Assembly: GCA_028534125.1 (NCBI GenBank)
Contig: CM052817.1
Location: 63,614,001-63,678,000 of the forward strand
From: Lama glama
Lineage: Eukaryota
Direction: 5' to 3'
DNA length: 64,000 bases
The translations under genes were made by a program, and so were the position numbers. The notes beneath the pieces were generated by a model that was not told the DNA's origin, did not search any database, and saw only the letters and a list, made by a program, of their open reading frames with translations. Positions 25,916 to 39,476 of the stretch are shown here, in pieces; within the stretch, counting starts at the first letter, position 1; each line of letters opens with the position of its first letter.

Positions 25916-28359
25916 CTTATAAAAAACTGCCTTATATTAAAATATGGGTTGGCCCTTGAAGGAGCACACATTCCTTTCTATAAAAGTATTAATTTGGCTC
26001 CCAGTTTGTGCTATAAATTAAGCTTAGTCCTGGAAGCCACAAGAAGCATGATGGGGATAACACCTATTCTAATGGAGCCCCCAGAGAGCGAGAGAGACAG
26101 ACTTAGCCCAAACAACAGCAATATAGTGTTAAAAGAATCTGACTGCCATATGGAAAAACAATACAAGGACATTTTAATCTAAAACTCAACATAAAATGTA
26201 TTAGGTCATTTAGCCTGGGAACTTTGTATACCCTTAGTTTTAAAACATCTTTTTAGTTTTAAAAACCAATACATAACTATCTACTACATTATTTCTCATA
26301 AATTTATATTTATGAAATATATCTCAGTTTTCAAATATTTTTCTCTTCAATTTTCTAGGTGTCAAAAAGCTATTAGTTTGACAAACCACATTACCACATC
26401 CATTTCTATTAACCACAAAACAGTAACTTATAAGATTACACTGCAGTTTAAATGTTAACAACTGAATTAATTGTAACATGTTGCTACCTTGTTAGCTTTC
26501 CTATTTGAAATTTTCTATTGCTACTTTAACAAAAAGAACATCAACTATATTGTCTTTATTGATTGCTTGCTTATTCAAATAGCTATTACTCATTTGCTAA
26601 AAATAAGGTGAATCATAGAACAAGGCTTTCTGAAACTATATATCAAGGAGAAAGTTTTATAGCCTCAGTATTGCTTACAAATCAATTCTTTAGAGTTGGT
26701 CTGCCATTAGTAGCTTTTAAGACTGCCTAGAGCTGTGTCATTCACTGCTATTTTGACACGTTAATGCACTAATGGTATGTGCAGGCTGACATAACTTCTT
26801 TCAAGTTCTATTACAATAATTATCAAGACCTTTCTATGAGACATGCAAAGTTAAGCAAGGTGACAAAGAGTATGTAAATACTCAAGAATTCCTGGAGCAT
26901 TCATTTAAAAATGACAGTGAATAATTAAGAAACTATAAAAACACAGAGATAAGAACTGTCTGCTGAGAACCTCGTGGGAGGAAACAAACCATGAATAAAA
27001 GAGACAGTCACTTAGAAATGATGGCAGGTGCACTTAAGTATTCAGTTTCTTTTTATAAAATAAGGTTAAAAGTTATGATAACAGAAATCACATATTAAAA
27101 CCCTATGAGTTATTGGAAGTTTAATTAAATGAATCTATATTTAAGAAGCATATAATATAGTAAAAATGAAATTGTCAAAAATCATTTCACCTTTAGTGGG
27201 AAGGCAGACACCACTGTTGTGTGAAAAACAAAAGCATTAATATAAACTAGTAAATACGACATACTCAGGAGGAAAACGTCGGCGAAGGCAATAAAGTCCT
27301 TAATAATCTGCCTTCTGTTGTCTCCCTCCTTCATTTTGTCATATTCCAGGCTAAAAGAACAAAATTACTCCACATAATCTTCCTGTTAGGTTACTTTTGT
27401 CAAAAATATGAAATGCCTTCCAATGATTTATCTTATCACATTAAAACAACATTTTCATCATCCTAGCTCCCCACCAGCTCATTCTCATCAACATTATTTT
27501 TGGCCTCCAGTCTGATGCTAATGTGAGGGAATGACATCACAATCTTTTAATAGAACTGATTTTCATCCTCCCTTTCTTCTTGTCCTATAAATGGCCTAGC
27601 TATTTGTAGAAACTTGGTGCTCTAAGGGACAGTGGAGCCAAAAATACAGACATCAAGTTCCTGAATTTTAAAACATTAAAACCAACAAACACATAAAAAT
27701 GGTGGTTCAAGCTTAAGACAGGAAAATTGAAAATAATAACTGCAGAGCTACCATCACAAAAGAGAGAAGAAATTAAAGAGATGGAGATGTGAGAGGCTTA
27801 GAACCGGAGCTAGAATACAGGACATAGTTGTTCTCTTCCCTTGCTTGCTCTAGGAGTTATCCAGGTCCAGAAGGTTCCCCAGAATTCCATGTCAAACAAA
27901 ACAAAACAAAAACCAGAACTGAGATAGCTGTGTCAAGGGATTGGTATAGAAAAGCCCAGTGAGACTCCCAGAATGCCAGTGAGGTACAGAAGGGTTGCCA
28001 AGTTTCCAAGGAAGGAAGAGAGGTGGATAGAGCCAGCAGACACCGAGGAGCCCTAGTGGCCATAATGAAGGATGCTGCAGAGGAAAGTGGGAGTAAATGA
28101 AGATGCAGATACCTCTGCAAATGGCAGCACAGAAGGAAGATCCCAAGCAGGAATGTCCTAACTCAGGAGATGACAGCTCGGAGTAGAAGATGACATTGAA
28201 GCAAATGTCGCCTTGCATCTCTAGCCAGGACACTACACAGCTAGGAACTTATTCCTAAAAGAATGAGAAAAGAGAAAAGGGGTGAAGGAGAGAGAAGAAA
28301 GAGGGAACAAGAAGTGGAGAAAGGATGAAAGAGGAAAAAGGAGGAGAGATGGGTATATC

Positions 28360-28590
28360 TTGAAATCAAGTAGTTGAGAGATCAGATTTTTGAGTCAGAA
28401 TGTTAGAGTTTAATTCCCAGGTCGTATTTGCTGTGTAACCTTTTAGCAAGTTACCTAACCTTTCCATGTCTCAGTGTCCTTATCTGTAAAACTGTGATAT
28501 CGTAGTATCTAACTTATAGAGATGCTATAAAATTAAATGAATCAATACATATGCAGAGCATAAAAGGAATCCAAGTAAAGCTTTTAAACA
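28360..28590 (+). mobile_element. MIR SINE
   Basis: GCAAGTTACCTAACCTTTCCATGTCTCAGTGTCCTTATCTGTAAAA core. Confidence 0.75.
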
Positions 28591-29004
28591 AGAGGAGAGG
28601 ATATTCTGGTTAAAAAAACAATAGCGTAATTATAGAATAATTCTGGCATGTCCGGGTAACCAGTGAAAGACAGCTGGCTACAGTGGAATAATCGTATAGA
28701 GAAGAAAAGGAGCTGAGTGTGGAGTACAAGATAGTAACTAAGTATAAAAAGGCAGGACAAGGACTTGGGTCTAGATCTTGTGTTCTACACACAGAAGGTC
28801 TGGTGTAAGTAGGACTGTGACTGATGCATGAAAAAATGGACAGTGGGGAGTCAATGATCAACTCCAAATAGGAGGCTATATGTATGAAGCACTAGATTTT
28901 GGAAAAGCAATCTTGAAAAGTTAGATTCAGAATGAGAGATGAACTAGAAAATTAAATACAATAGAAGATAGCATATTATTATGAAAACTTGTGTAAGACA
29001 AATG

Positions 29005-29762
29005 AGAAATGCTGGAGAGGGTGTGGACAAAAGGGAACCCTCGTACACTGTTGGTGGGAATGTAGTTTGGTGCAGCCATTATGGAAAACAGTATCGAGAT
29101 TCCTCAAAAACTAAAAATAGACTCCATATGATCCAGCAATCCCACTCCAGGGCATATATCTGGAAGGAACTTTAATTTGAAAAGATACATGCACCCCAAT
29201 GTTTATAGCAGCACCATTTACAATAGACAAGACATGGAAACAACCTAAATATCCATCGACAGATGACTGGATTAAAAAGTTGTGGTATATTTATATAGTG
29301 GAATACTACTCAGCCATAGAAAGAATAAAATAATGCCACTTGCAGCAACAAGAATGGACATGGAGATCGTCATTCTCAGTGAAATAAGCCAGAAAGAGAA
29401 AGGAAAATACCGTATGTTATTACTCATATATGGAATCTAAAAAAAAGAAAAAAAAGATGATACTAATGAACTTAAAACAAACAGACTCACAGACATAGTA
29501 AATAAACTTATGGTTACCAGGGGGAGAGGGAGTGGAAAGGGATGAACTGGGAGTTTGAAATTTGCAAATACTAACTACTATATGTAAAATAAACAACAAG
29601 TTTCTTCTGTATAGCACAGGGAACTATATTCAGCATCTTGTAGTAACCTATAATGAAAAAGAATATGAAAACAACTATATGTATGTAATGTATGACTAAA
29701 ACAATATGCTGTACACCAGAAATTGATATGCTGTAAACTGACTATACTTCAATTTTAAAAAG
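29005..29762 (+). mobile_element. 5'-truncated L1 (ORF2 end and 3' UTR)
   Basis: [22 protein letters not shown]2 C-terminal motif; 3' UTR ending GACTATACTTCAATTTTAAAA. Confidence 0.92.
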
Positions 29763-30828
29763 CTAAGAATACTGACAAGGATAATGACTGAAAATTAAGA
29801 GGAATATATCAGTAGAAATCTAAATCAGAAAAAAAAAAAAGATAAATCTATGAAAATCATATATTCCCATATACTGTGACTTCTATAGACTAAAAAGACA
29901 ATAAAAAAGAAATATTTTGTACACACTTAAGCTATTTTTACATTTATAGAAGGATCTAAACTACTTGCCCCTATAAATTGTACATTATGGACCAGCATGG
30001 ACCAGTCCTCAAGTTAATAGTAAGATTCTCCGCACCAGTCTCAAGTAGTGAACTTGTATGATTAAGTGTGCAAGTCAGAAAAAACTCATATTCCAACTAC
30101 GTGTGAATCATCTTACAAAAATAAAAAATGTTAAGATCTGACTATAGCATAAATATGTTAGTCATATGTAAGGACAACAAAAACATTTAGTCACATGTAA
30201 TGAAGTTAGGCCCTTATAAATTTCCTCTTGTGTATATACTGGTTACAGAATTTTTTTCAGTTCCTGGTCTAAAATACTAAGGAATGCTACCCACCGTGCC
30301 AAGACAGTTTAAGCTTTGTGCTCTGGAGAGGACAGTACTTCAGAAAAAAAGTGATTACAACATTTCTACTCCAGAGATCTATCATAAAGTTTTATGAATC
30401 TTTATGTGCAATTATAAGAAACACAAATACTGATACTTTTTCTTCCAAGAATTTATCCTATACAGATAATAAAAAGCTAATCATAAATCATCTGTATTTA
30501 AATTTAAAGGGCAAATTTTTATTTCAAATAACAGAGTTTTAGAAAGTTTTTAGAGTATGTGTAACTATGAAATAAAAGAAATAATAAAACTGAACTTGGT
30601 TTGAACAAATAAGTGTGGGGTCAAATTTTGCTTTAAAACAAAGAATCAGTTAGGATGCCTAAAAATTAACTCCAGACTTCTGAGGTTTATGTTGTCAGAA
30701 TTTATTTTTTTGGAATATTTCATGTGTGATACTGCAATATTTATATTCTGATAGAGAAATGTACACTTAGTTCACTATCTATTACTATTATACATTATTA
30801 GACAGTACACTGAAAAGAATAAAACTAC

Positions 30829-30905
30829 CTGTGTCATTTCCCCAGTGTACTCCCTGATCATCTTGGAGTTTGCAATAGCATCCCTATACGATCATTCATT
30901 TTTCC
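30829..30905 (-). other. Candidate 77-nt exon
   Basis: Acceptor tcattatttctttAG, donor CAG/GTAGTT; higher GC than flanks; at least one stop in every frame. Confidence 0.35.
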
Positions 30906-31811
30906 CTAAAGAAATAATGAGTGACTTAACAGAAGGTCAGCAAATCAACAACAGCAAGTCAAAAAATTTTAGCGAATAAAGGAAATCTGATGTGTTGACT
31001 AGGCCAGTCCACTAATTTAATTAATTGGAAACCAACTCTGTACTGTTAGGTAAATTGTTCTGTTTAATACAGTTAGAGGAGAAGTGGTTTCCCAGTGCTC
31101 CTCTGCTATACCCCTCAAGACCATTATTCAGAACTGACAAATCCATAAGTCAATATTCAGAAATGTACTCTGGACACCATGAGATAAACATAACAGTGAA
31201 ACTGGAATTAACAACAAAAACAAAGACCCATTATTTTACATTACTTCACCATCTTTGGAAAGGTTTTTGAAAAACTAAACTAGAATCTCATTGTCAACAG
31301 AAATATACATATAGTCTAATCTGTTCAGAAAGAATTTACACCAAAGATTATATTTAAAAATTGAACTAATATTAACATACATGCCTAAGTACACTAGAAT
31401 AGAATCCTGAAGTTAAAAACAGGATGAAAAGAAATTCACTTTAAAGAAAAGTATTTTCCATGGATAAACTTAATTTGTCATTTTAAAAAGTCAAAAAATA
31501 CCTAATCCAAGTATATTTTATGAAAAATGTTCGTTCTAATGGAATTTCTGTCAGTGCTAGGAAACACTAGAATTAGTTACCCTTTCAATCTAAAGACTGA
31601 ACTTTGCTATCCCTGTAATTAGAGGATACACTTTTTTTTAACCTGTCTCTACGTACTCCATGAGGGGAAAAATGGTAAAATCTAATAATTACAGATAGCT
31701 AATTAATTGAAAAATTTTACACAAATATTTAATTTGATACATTGGACTGTTATTTAATAATTTGATACTACAACTAAAACAGGAAAAGAATATTAGGGTT
31801 GAAACACATAC

Positions 31812-31862
31812 TTGGAGAATTGCTGGTACTATAATTGTATTTTTCATGTTTCCATGTTTCTT
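31812..31862 (-). other. Candidate 51-nt exon
   Basis: Acceptor ttttctttttattcaatAG, donor CAA/GTATGT; open in two frames. Confidence 0.4.
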
Positions 31863-32829
31863 CTATTGAATAAAAAGAAAATGTTGCTACTTTTGCATAA
31901 ACTTTACTAGCTATTTTTAAGTATATAATTTGAGTTTTTTATTGGTTTTCAAACTTTTATAATTTCAAGTAGCTAAAAACTTCCCAACTTCCAGTTTTAC
32001 AGTGGAATCTGATGGAAAATCAAGTAATTGTAGAGTAAACTTTATTGAAATTAATTTTCCACTATGCAGCTAATATTCATTTAGCTTTTGAAATTCAATA
32101 TGTTACCATAAGAGCTATTATTGTATACTTACTTTAGGCATCACTACTAAAACTCCAATCATTTATAATGACACAAATTTTACTAGAGAAACTTGACAAA
32201 CATCCTGCAGGAGATGTGCAGTCTTTGTCTAATTTTAAGTAATATTCTTAGCTAAGAGAAAAGAGATGATTTAAATACACACACATATAGATATGCTAGT
32301 GAGTTGTCCTAATTGTGGACAATGAAAAGGTTGAAATTAGACCAGGAGAAGTTTTGGTGGGACAGTCGAAGAATAGTATCGGTATGACCTGGAGGGGTTT
32401 TAAGTTTAAAAACAATTGTTGACCGTCTATATTTAATAATTTAAATAATATTATGACTTAAGACAGAGGCATGGAAAGGATAATCATTTACAAGTCCTTT
32501 CTGCTATGATATTACAATTTTAAGTTCTTGAAATACCATATACTGTTTTACCACCTAGATGTTAGTCACATGTGAATGGAAGAGTGTCCTCCACTGTAGT
32601 GAAGCAGCTCCTTAAAGAAGTCAGCTAGTCAAACAATTTAAAATGTCATGCTACTTTAAAGTTACAACTTTAATGTAATGCAAAGCGGTTTTATCCACTG
32701 TATAAATAGCACATGGTATTTGACATTTTCCTACTATTTTATGGCTTTAGCTATGTAGCATAAAACTTTCAGAACAAAAACTTAGTTCAATATTCTAGAA
32801 GAGTGGAAAGAGTACACAAGACATCCTTA

Positions 32830-33020
32830 TTGGTATGAGATAGATTTGGATTGTAATATAAGACTCCTACCAGCAGGACAGGGGTTTTAAACAGTCTCAT
32901 TTTCAACATCTATGAATAGAGAGGCCATATTTATACGTCCTAGGGTAGTTGTAAGGATTAAGTAAAATACTTATTATATAAAAGCCTAGAAGGCACATGA
33001 TAGATGCTCAATAAATATGA
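32830..33020 (+). mobile_element. MIR SINE
   Basis: GTTGTAAGGATTAAGTAAAATA...GGCACATGATAGATGCTCAATAAAT 3' end. Confidence 0.65.
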
Positions 33021-33247
33021 GTTCTGAGCTCTCTTATTTTAATATCCTTCCTACATCCCTTCAAGATGGAGCTATATAAAATATAATTTGTGATTATAAG
33101 CAAATTAATAATAATAAAGGGTGAATAGACAGTCAAAATTGTTTACTAGACTTGACAGTCCTCAAAGGAATGATTATTTATCAGAAAAAAATGTAAATTA
33201 TTAGGTAACAATACAGTTTACAATGTAATTATTTGACTTTCCACCAG

Positions 33248-33315
33248 ATTCCACTGTAAAATTGAAGAGGTTGGGAAAATACCGCTTAACATCGGAGGAA
33301 ATACATTATTGCTCG
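33248..33315 (+). other. Candidate 68-nt plus-strand exon
   Basis: Acceptor ttatttgactttccaccAG, strong donor TCG/GTGAGT, three retained CpGs, two open frames. Confidence 0.25.
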
Positions 33316-34929
33316 GTGAGTACTATTTTCTCTAGGCTGAGGTAATTCTGTTTCACTCAACCACAAATTACGGTACATTGAGTTGAGTTAGATATTGCCA
33401 ATACAGTAATAAATACAGATACAGATCCTGAGGGCATGAGATTTACAGTAAAGTGCAGGGCACAGACAAGATTAAAATAATCACCCTAATGAGTACATAA
33501 TTAAAATTCAGGTAAGACGTCTTAGTCTCTACAGGAGGAATCAGACCGGGGTTCAGGTGACAAGGAAGACTTTCTGAATGAAGAGGCCTTTGCTGATGAG
33601 GTATGCAACAAAGTAATACAGTTTTGGTGACAAGAGTAGACAGTGGAGACTCCAGGTAAACAGCACAGCATAGTTCAACTACAGAAGTTGAACTGCAGGA
33701 AAATAGGAGGTCTATTTATTTCACAGTATAAAAGCTGTCAAAATGTGGCGCAAAGGAAATCAAGATCAATTTGGCTAACAACTATTTATTATGCTAATTA
33801 TATCATCATTTCTCTCTAGTAAAATTACTTCAATAAATCCCTAAATTTATCACTACAGTTGTACCAGACTCGTTTCTTTTTGGTTGGTGCTCTCACTTTA
33901 AAACACATAGTAAACAGATCCATAAATTTATGTAGTGCTATTCTAATATTCTTGAGTGCAAACTTCAAAATTTCTTTGATGAACAAGATCCATTTGGTGT
34001 TATATTGGTGTCATTCATTTTTTCAAACTACAGGAAGAAAGCTCCCTATTTTGTCTTCCTTAATTTATTTTTGACTGCTGTTCATATTAATAATTCTAAC
34101 TGTTTTGTTGAAACTCAAAAGATCAGCAATGCTCTTTTCCTAAGCATCTTATTCTAATGGGTTCAAAGAAGCTAGTCCATTATTATTATTTTTTAATGAA
34201 AGGACTAACACATTCCTCATCCTATAGCAACCCTCTCTTTTGGAGCATTACCTTCTGATATCTTCCTAGTAAGGATCATCTTGTCTCCATCCTTGGGTTT
34301 CAATCTGGAAAAATTTTGTACAGCCAATCACTGTATTTCTAAGCTGAAGCAAGCTAACGTTCCAAAATCACAGACTGATTCTTCACACTGTGAATTTTTT
34401 TGTTCTTCTTAAATAGAGGCCTGCATTCCTACACTTCCTTTTCAAGAGTTTAACTTCAGTAGCTCAAAAGCTGAGTGAAGCAGCAAGCTGACTTTCAAAT
34501 TAAAGACTTATCTTTATATGGAACTTACACATTATATAAAATTAGCTATTTAATAATTAAAAACAAACTGTATTTCATCAGAGCTCTTTCTATATTTAAA
34601 TATGTGGAATATTTTATATGTAAAACCCAAATTGATGGATGTAGAAAGTGAGTAACTCATTGAACTATATATTATAATATTATATAGCATAATAATATGT
34701 AACACATATGCATATTATATATAATACTATTTTTTAAAATCTTAAGTACTAGTAGAGGAAGAAATAATCAAATATTAATAAAACAAATAAACATTTTTTA
34801 TTATTATAGAGATAATTAATACCATGAATAAAATATAAGGTAACACTTCAGCTTGAATTCAAAGGAAAAGTCTTTCTGAGGAACTGATAGTTGAGCAGAG
34901 ACACTAAAGACATGAAAGAAGGTGGTCTT

Positions 34930-37880
34930 TAAAGATGATGAAACAGGAGGCTCCTGAACTCCCCTCCTCCCGTGGACACACCAAATGAATAGCTACACAT
35001 AGAGCTATTCCCTCTGAAACTAGCTGAGCAGCTCCTATACACTGGGCGAATGAGAAAATGAAATGGGTAGGAATGGCTTAGATACTCTCTTGCTATAAAC
35101 CTTAACCCCAGCACAACACCACACAGTGAGAGAAAACTCCCAAATCCCAGCTTCTCCCTGAAGAGCAGGGTTTGAACCCTACATCTAGCAGCCCAACTTT
35201 AAAGACTCCCAACTGAGGAACAGGTCTCTAAAACATCTACCTGTCAAAGCCAATGGGGTTTCTCCCTGAAGAGCAGGGCTGGACCCTACATCTAGCAGCC
35301 CAACTTTAAGGACTCCCAATTAAGGGACAGGTCTCCAAAAGATCTACCTGTGAAAGCAGTGGGGACTGAGTCCATGAGACCCACAAGACCATAGCAAATA
35401 AAGAAGTAATTAACAGGAGCAAGCATTTTCTGCAGTTATCACCCCAGCTCAGTACAGAAAGAGTGACAAAAATTGCCCATCTCTCAGTCTTTCTCTGATG
35501 GGGTCTCTTTGCATACTTTAAGGCTGCTGTCTGAAAGCTGGGCTTCTAATTTAATGCACACACTAGGCTAGCTGTGACCCTCACCTGAGAACAGGGAAGC
35601 CAGTGGAGTGGACACCTCCTTCACCATCTCTCTCCTGCCCACCCCAATTCACCAGTATTTCCCTGGAAAGAGTTTGTACACAGTTCTGCAACCTGGCTTT
35701 AGCAGCTGCTACCCGAGGGACAGGTTCCAGATCATCTGGCTCTGACAGACAATGGGGCTTTCATTAAGGAGCTGCATAGAACTGTAGCAAACAAAGAAAT
35801 CCTTAATAGGTTCAGGAGAAAACCTCCCCCAATCCAAAGATATATACTGAGGTCTGGTACAGTAGAAGAAGGTAAAAACACTCACCTTCCAGTTTCCCCC
35901 AGGAAGGAGGCTAACTACATACTTTCCCCAGCTATTGCTTGGGATCAAGCCTCTAACTGGCCTGCATCTAGTTGCTGACTGCAGTCAGTCTGTATTTTTG
36001 GGACATTGATGGATCTTGGCACACACCCTCAAACTACTGGGAGCCACTAAGAGCAAAGAAGGAGGATTGGACAATCATCAAGGTTTGAGAGACAACCAGG
36101 CACATGGGCTGGGCTAGCTGATGAGGTTCATCTCCTACACCAGACCACCTGTAAAGACCAGGAGAGGTGATGTTTTATCTAATGCACATAAACCAACACA
36201 AAGAGTCAAGGAAAATTAAGAAACAGAGGAATATGTTTTAGACAAAAGAACAAGATAGAACTACAGACATAGACCATAATGAAATGGAGACTCAGAGAGA
36301 ATCAAAATAATGGTCATAAAGATGCTCACTGAGGTCAGGAGAACAATGCACGAATAATGGGAGAATTTTAACAAAGATCAAATATTAAAAAGTACTAAAT
36401 AGAAAGCAAGAACTAAGATTACAATAACTGAACTTAAAAATTTAATAGAGGGATTCAATAGCACACTAGGTGAAGCAGAAGAAAGGATCAGCAAACTTAA
36501 GGACATAGCAGTGAAATTAATTAAGTTAGAGGAACAAAAATAAAAAAGAATGGAAAAAGTGATGATAGCCTAACAAAACTCAAGACTTAACAAGACTATT
36601 ATTATATGCATTATAGATGTCTCAGAAAAGAAAAGAGAGAAAAGGGGGCAGAAAACTCACCCAAAGAAATAATGGCAGGAAACTTCCTTAACCTGACTAA
36701 AGAAACAGACACCCAAATCCATTTATCTGGAACAACAAAAGACCCCAAATAGCCAAAGCCATCTTGAAAAAGAAGAACAAAGCTGGAGGCATCACTCTTC
36801 TTGATTTCAAACCATATTACAAAGCTATAATAATCAAAACGGTACTTTTTATTGGCATAAAAACAGACACATAGACTGATGAAACACAGTAGAGAGCCCA
36901 GAGGTAAATCTGTGCATATATGGTCAATTAATTTATAATAAAGAAGCCAAGAATACACAAAGGAGAAAGGTTCTTCAGTAAATGTTGTTGAGAAAACTGG
37001 ACAGCCACATGCAAAACACACAAACTGGATCTTTATCTTACACCATATACAAAATTCAACTCAACATGGATTAAAGGCTTGAACACTTGAATGTAAGACC
37101 TGAAACCCTAAAAGTCCTAGAAGAAAACATAGGAGGTAAGCTCCTTGACATTGGTCTTGATAATGATTTTTTGAATTTGACACCAAAAGCAAAGGCAATA
37201 AAAGCAAAAATAAACAAGTGGGACTACATAAAACTAAAATGCTTCTCCACAGCAAAGGAAACCATAAAAAAAAATAAATAAAAAGACAACCTATAGAATG
37301 GGAAGAGACTAACTACAAATCATATCTTATTTAACAATTCATACAACTAAACAGAAAAAAACAAAAACAAAAACTAATCCAATTAAGAAATGGGCAAAGG
37401 AGCTGAATTGGTATTTTCACAAAGAAGATATATGAATGGCCAACAGGTACATGAAAAGGTGTTCAACATCACCAAGCATGAGGGAAATGCAAATCAAAAT
37501 TACAATGAGATATCACCTCACACCTGTTAGAATGGTTACCATCAAAAAGATAAGAGATAACAAGTGCCGATGAGGATGGGGAGAAAAGCGAACCCTTGTG
37601 CACCATCGATGGATTGTAAATCAGTGCAGCCACAATGGGAAAATCTATGGAGGATCCTCAAAAAATTAAAATAGAACCACCATGTGATCTAGCAATTCCA
37701 CTTCTGGAAATAAATCCAAAGGAAATGAAAATACTGTATCAAAGAGATATGTGCACCCCCATGTTCATAGCAGCATTATTTTCAACGGCCAAGACACAGA
37801 AACAACCTAAATGTCCACTGACGGGTGCATGGAAAAAGAAGTGGTGATATATATAAAACGTGCAGTATTATTCAGCTATT
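34930..37880 (+). mobile_element. L1 with 5' UTR, partial ORF1 fused to ORF2 C-terminal part (large internal deletion); 3' UTR missing
   Basis: AAGATG..CAGGAGGCTCCTGAACTCCCCTCCTCCC leader; ORF1-like about 36200-36720; ORF2 motifs [16 protein letters not shown]...[11 protein letters not shown] and CTPMFIAALF. Confidence 0.9.
35153..35368 (+). repeat. Two-copy 108-bp tandem repeat in L1 5' UTR
   Basis: TCTCCCTGAAGAGCAGGG...ACCCTACATCTAGCAGCCCAACTTTAA starts at 35153 and 35261. Confidence 0.9.
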
Positions 37881-38781
37881 GAGTTCTTATGTAGATATAT
37901 TCCCTTGAAGTTCACTCTGCAAAACAAGTTACCAGTTAAGACTCTTCACTAGCAGACAATCATAAACCCTACATCGATAACCTAGGGCTTTCTTATACTG
38001 CTCGAGGCATGGCTGTCTAGAAAAGAAATGTAATGTGTAAGGAAGAAACTCATTTTGGCAGAAATATGTGGAAATAAATCAACTTTTCTGACTTAATAAA
38101 GAGAGAGACTAATTGCTTATAGCTTAGAAATGCATTTGTGAAAAGGAAAAGGCATGTAAGTCCATGTAGTCAATTTTCTTACCTAAGGTAACTTCTATCT
38201 CAACTCTGAAAATACAGTTTTAATGTAGTAATAAAATGTAAAGCTTAAAGGATTTTTAGAAATTATATAATCCTAATTATTAATAAATGTATAATTTATT
38301 GATGCCAGATAATTATACAAGCCTTCATTTTGCCTTATAGTTTTGTCCTTTTTATTTAGGTCACTATATTAGATGGCAAAATTCCAATAAGAGAAAATGT
38401 CCTGCCTAGATTTGAGTGATAATAAAAAGTATACATGATTTACTAAAGCCACCGTTTATTTTATGTTTCAAATACACAAGATTTATATAATTTTATTTTG
38501 TAACAATAGATTAAATATATGACCCTTAACCTTGATAAAGTCCTCTTCAGATTGTAAGTAAAATCTTTTAAATGTCACCAAACTTTAGTAAAAATCACCT
38601 GGTGAATTTATTAAACACATAGCTGGCTGGCATCAATAGATTCTGGTAGGACTCAAATATTTGCATGGTTAGCAATGCCCTAGATACACGAGGTCTACTG
38701 CTCACATGTTAGTATACTGTATACAGTGAAAAACACATCCAAAAGAGAAAAACTGAAAAGCCTTTTTTCCCCTAGTCATAA

Positions 38782-39242
38782 CGTTACGGAAACGACAGGC
38801 CAGTCAAGAAACAAGCACCACTCGGAGGGTTGGAGTACTCAGATGTATTACGCCAGCGGGCTCAGAGGGGCTTCTGCTCCGAAGCTCTGAGCACCTCCAA
38901 GGTGTGCGCATGAGGTTTTATAGGGTAAAGTACAAGCTTGGGGTATTCGGCCAATAGGCATGGAACAGCTTTAGCAGCATTATCATCACAAAGGTGGAGA
39001 CAGGGAGTCAGCAAACCAACATTCCAAAGCCAGATATGTATCTTTGAAAACCCAGCTGGCTGGCAAAAAACATGAACAGCAAACCAACACTAATTAACTT
39101 AGATTTACAAGTTAGTCCAGCAGAACTCAGATCAGTATTCCTATACTTACATTTGTGAGTTATCTTGTCAGCCCAGCCCAGCCTCTCCACATTCCTAGAC
39201 TTGTGAGTTATCTTGTTAGACCAGCCCAGCTTTTCCTTCACA
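38782..39242 (-). mobile_element. Young ERV1-type solo LTR
   Basis: 4-bp target-site duplication ATAA; minus strand starts TG and ends CG (CA mutated). Minus-strand TATAAAA at about 38916-38922 and AATACA at about 38844-38849; many retained CpGs; internal 48-bp-period repeat TTGTGAGTTATCTTGT. Confidence 0.8.
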
Positions 39243-39432
39243 ATAACATAATTTGATTTATCTAAAAGGAAACTCTGCAAAGAGGTCATGGGAAGTTTAA
39301 CTTAAAATTAAACATGTTTAAAAAATAGCTTCCTAACAAATTTGACTAAGCAAGCACACTTCATCAAAAAATAAGTTCAAAAACAGAGCTCTGTGCATAC
39401 AAAATTATAAAAATACAATTCCAATTAATTAC

Positions 39433-39476
39433 CTTATAAGTCAGTATCTCCAAATGTGTGATCTCAAAGTTCATAT
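39433..39476 (-). other. Candidate exon or first-exon donor
   Basis: Donor AAG/GTAATT, possible acceptor catctctgtacAG; reads MNFEITHLEILTYK. Confidence 0.25.

Noticed and set aside
27600..28260. Possible very old LTR relics (also about 50840-51420 and 52660-53100)
   Set aside because: Composition is suggestive, but I could not support termini or a family assignment.
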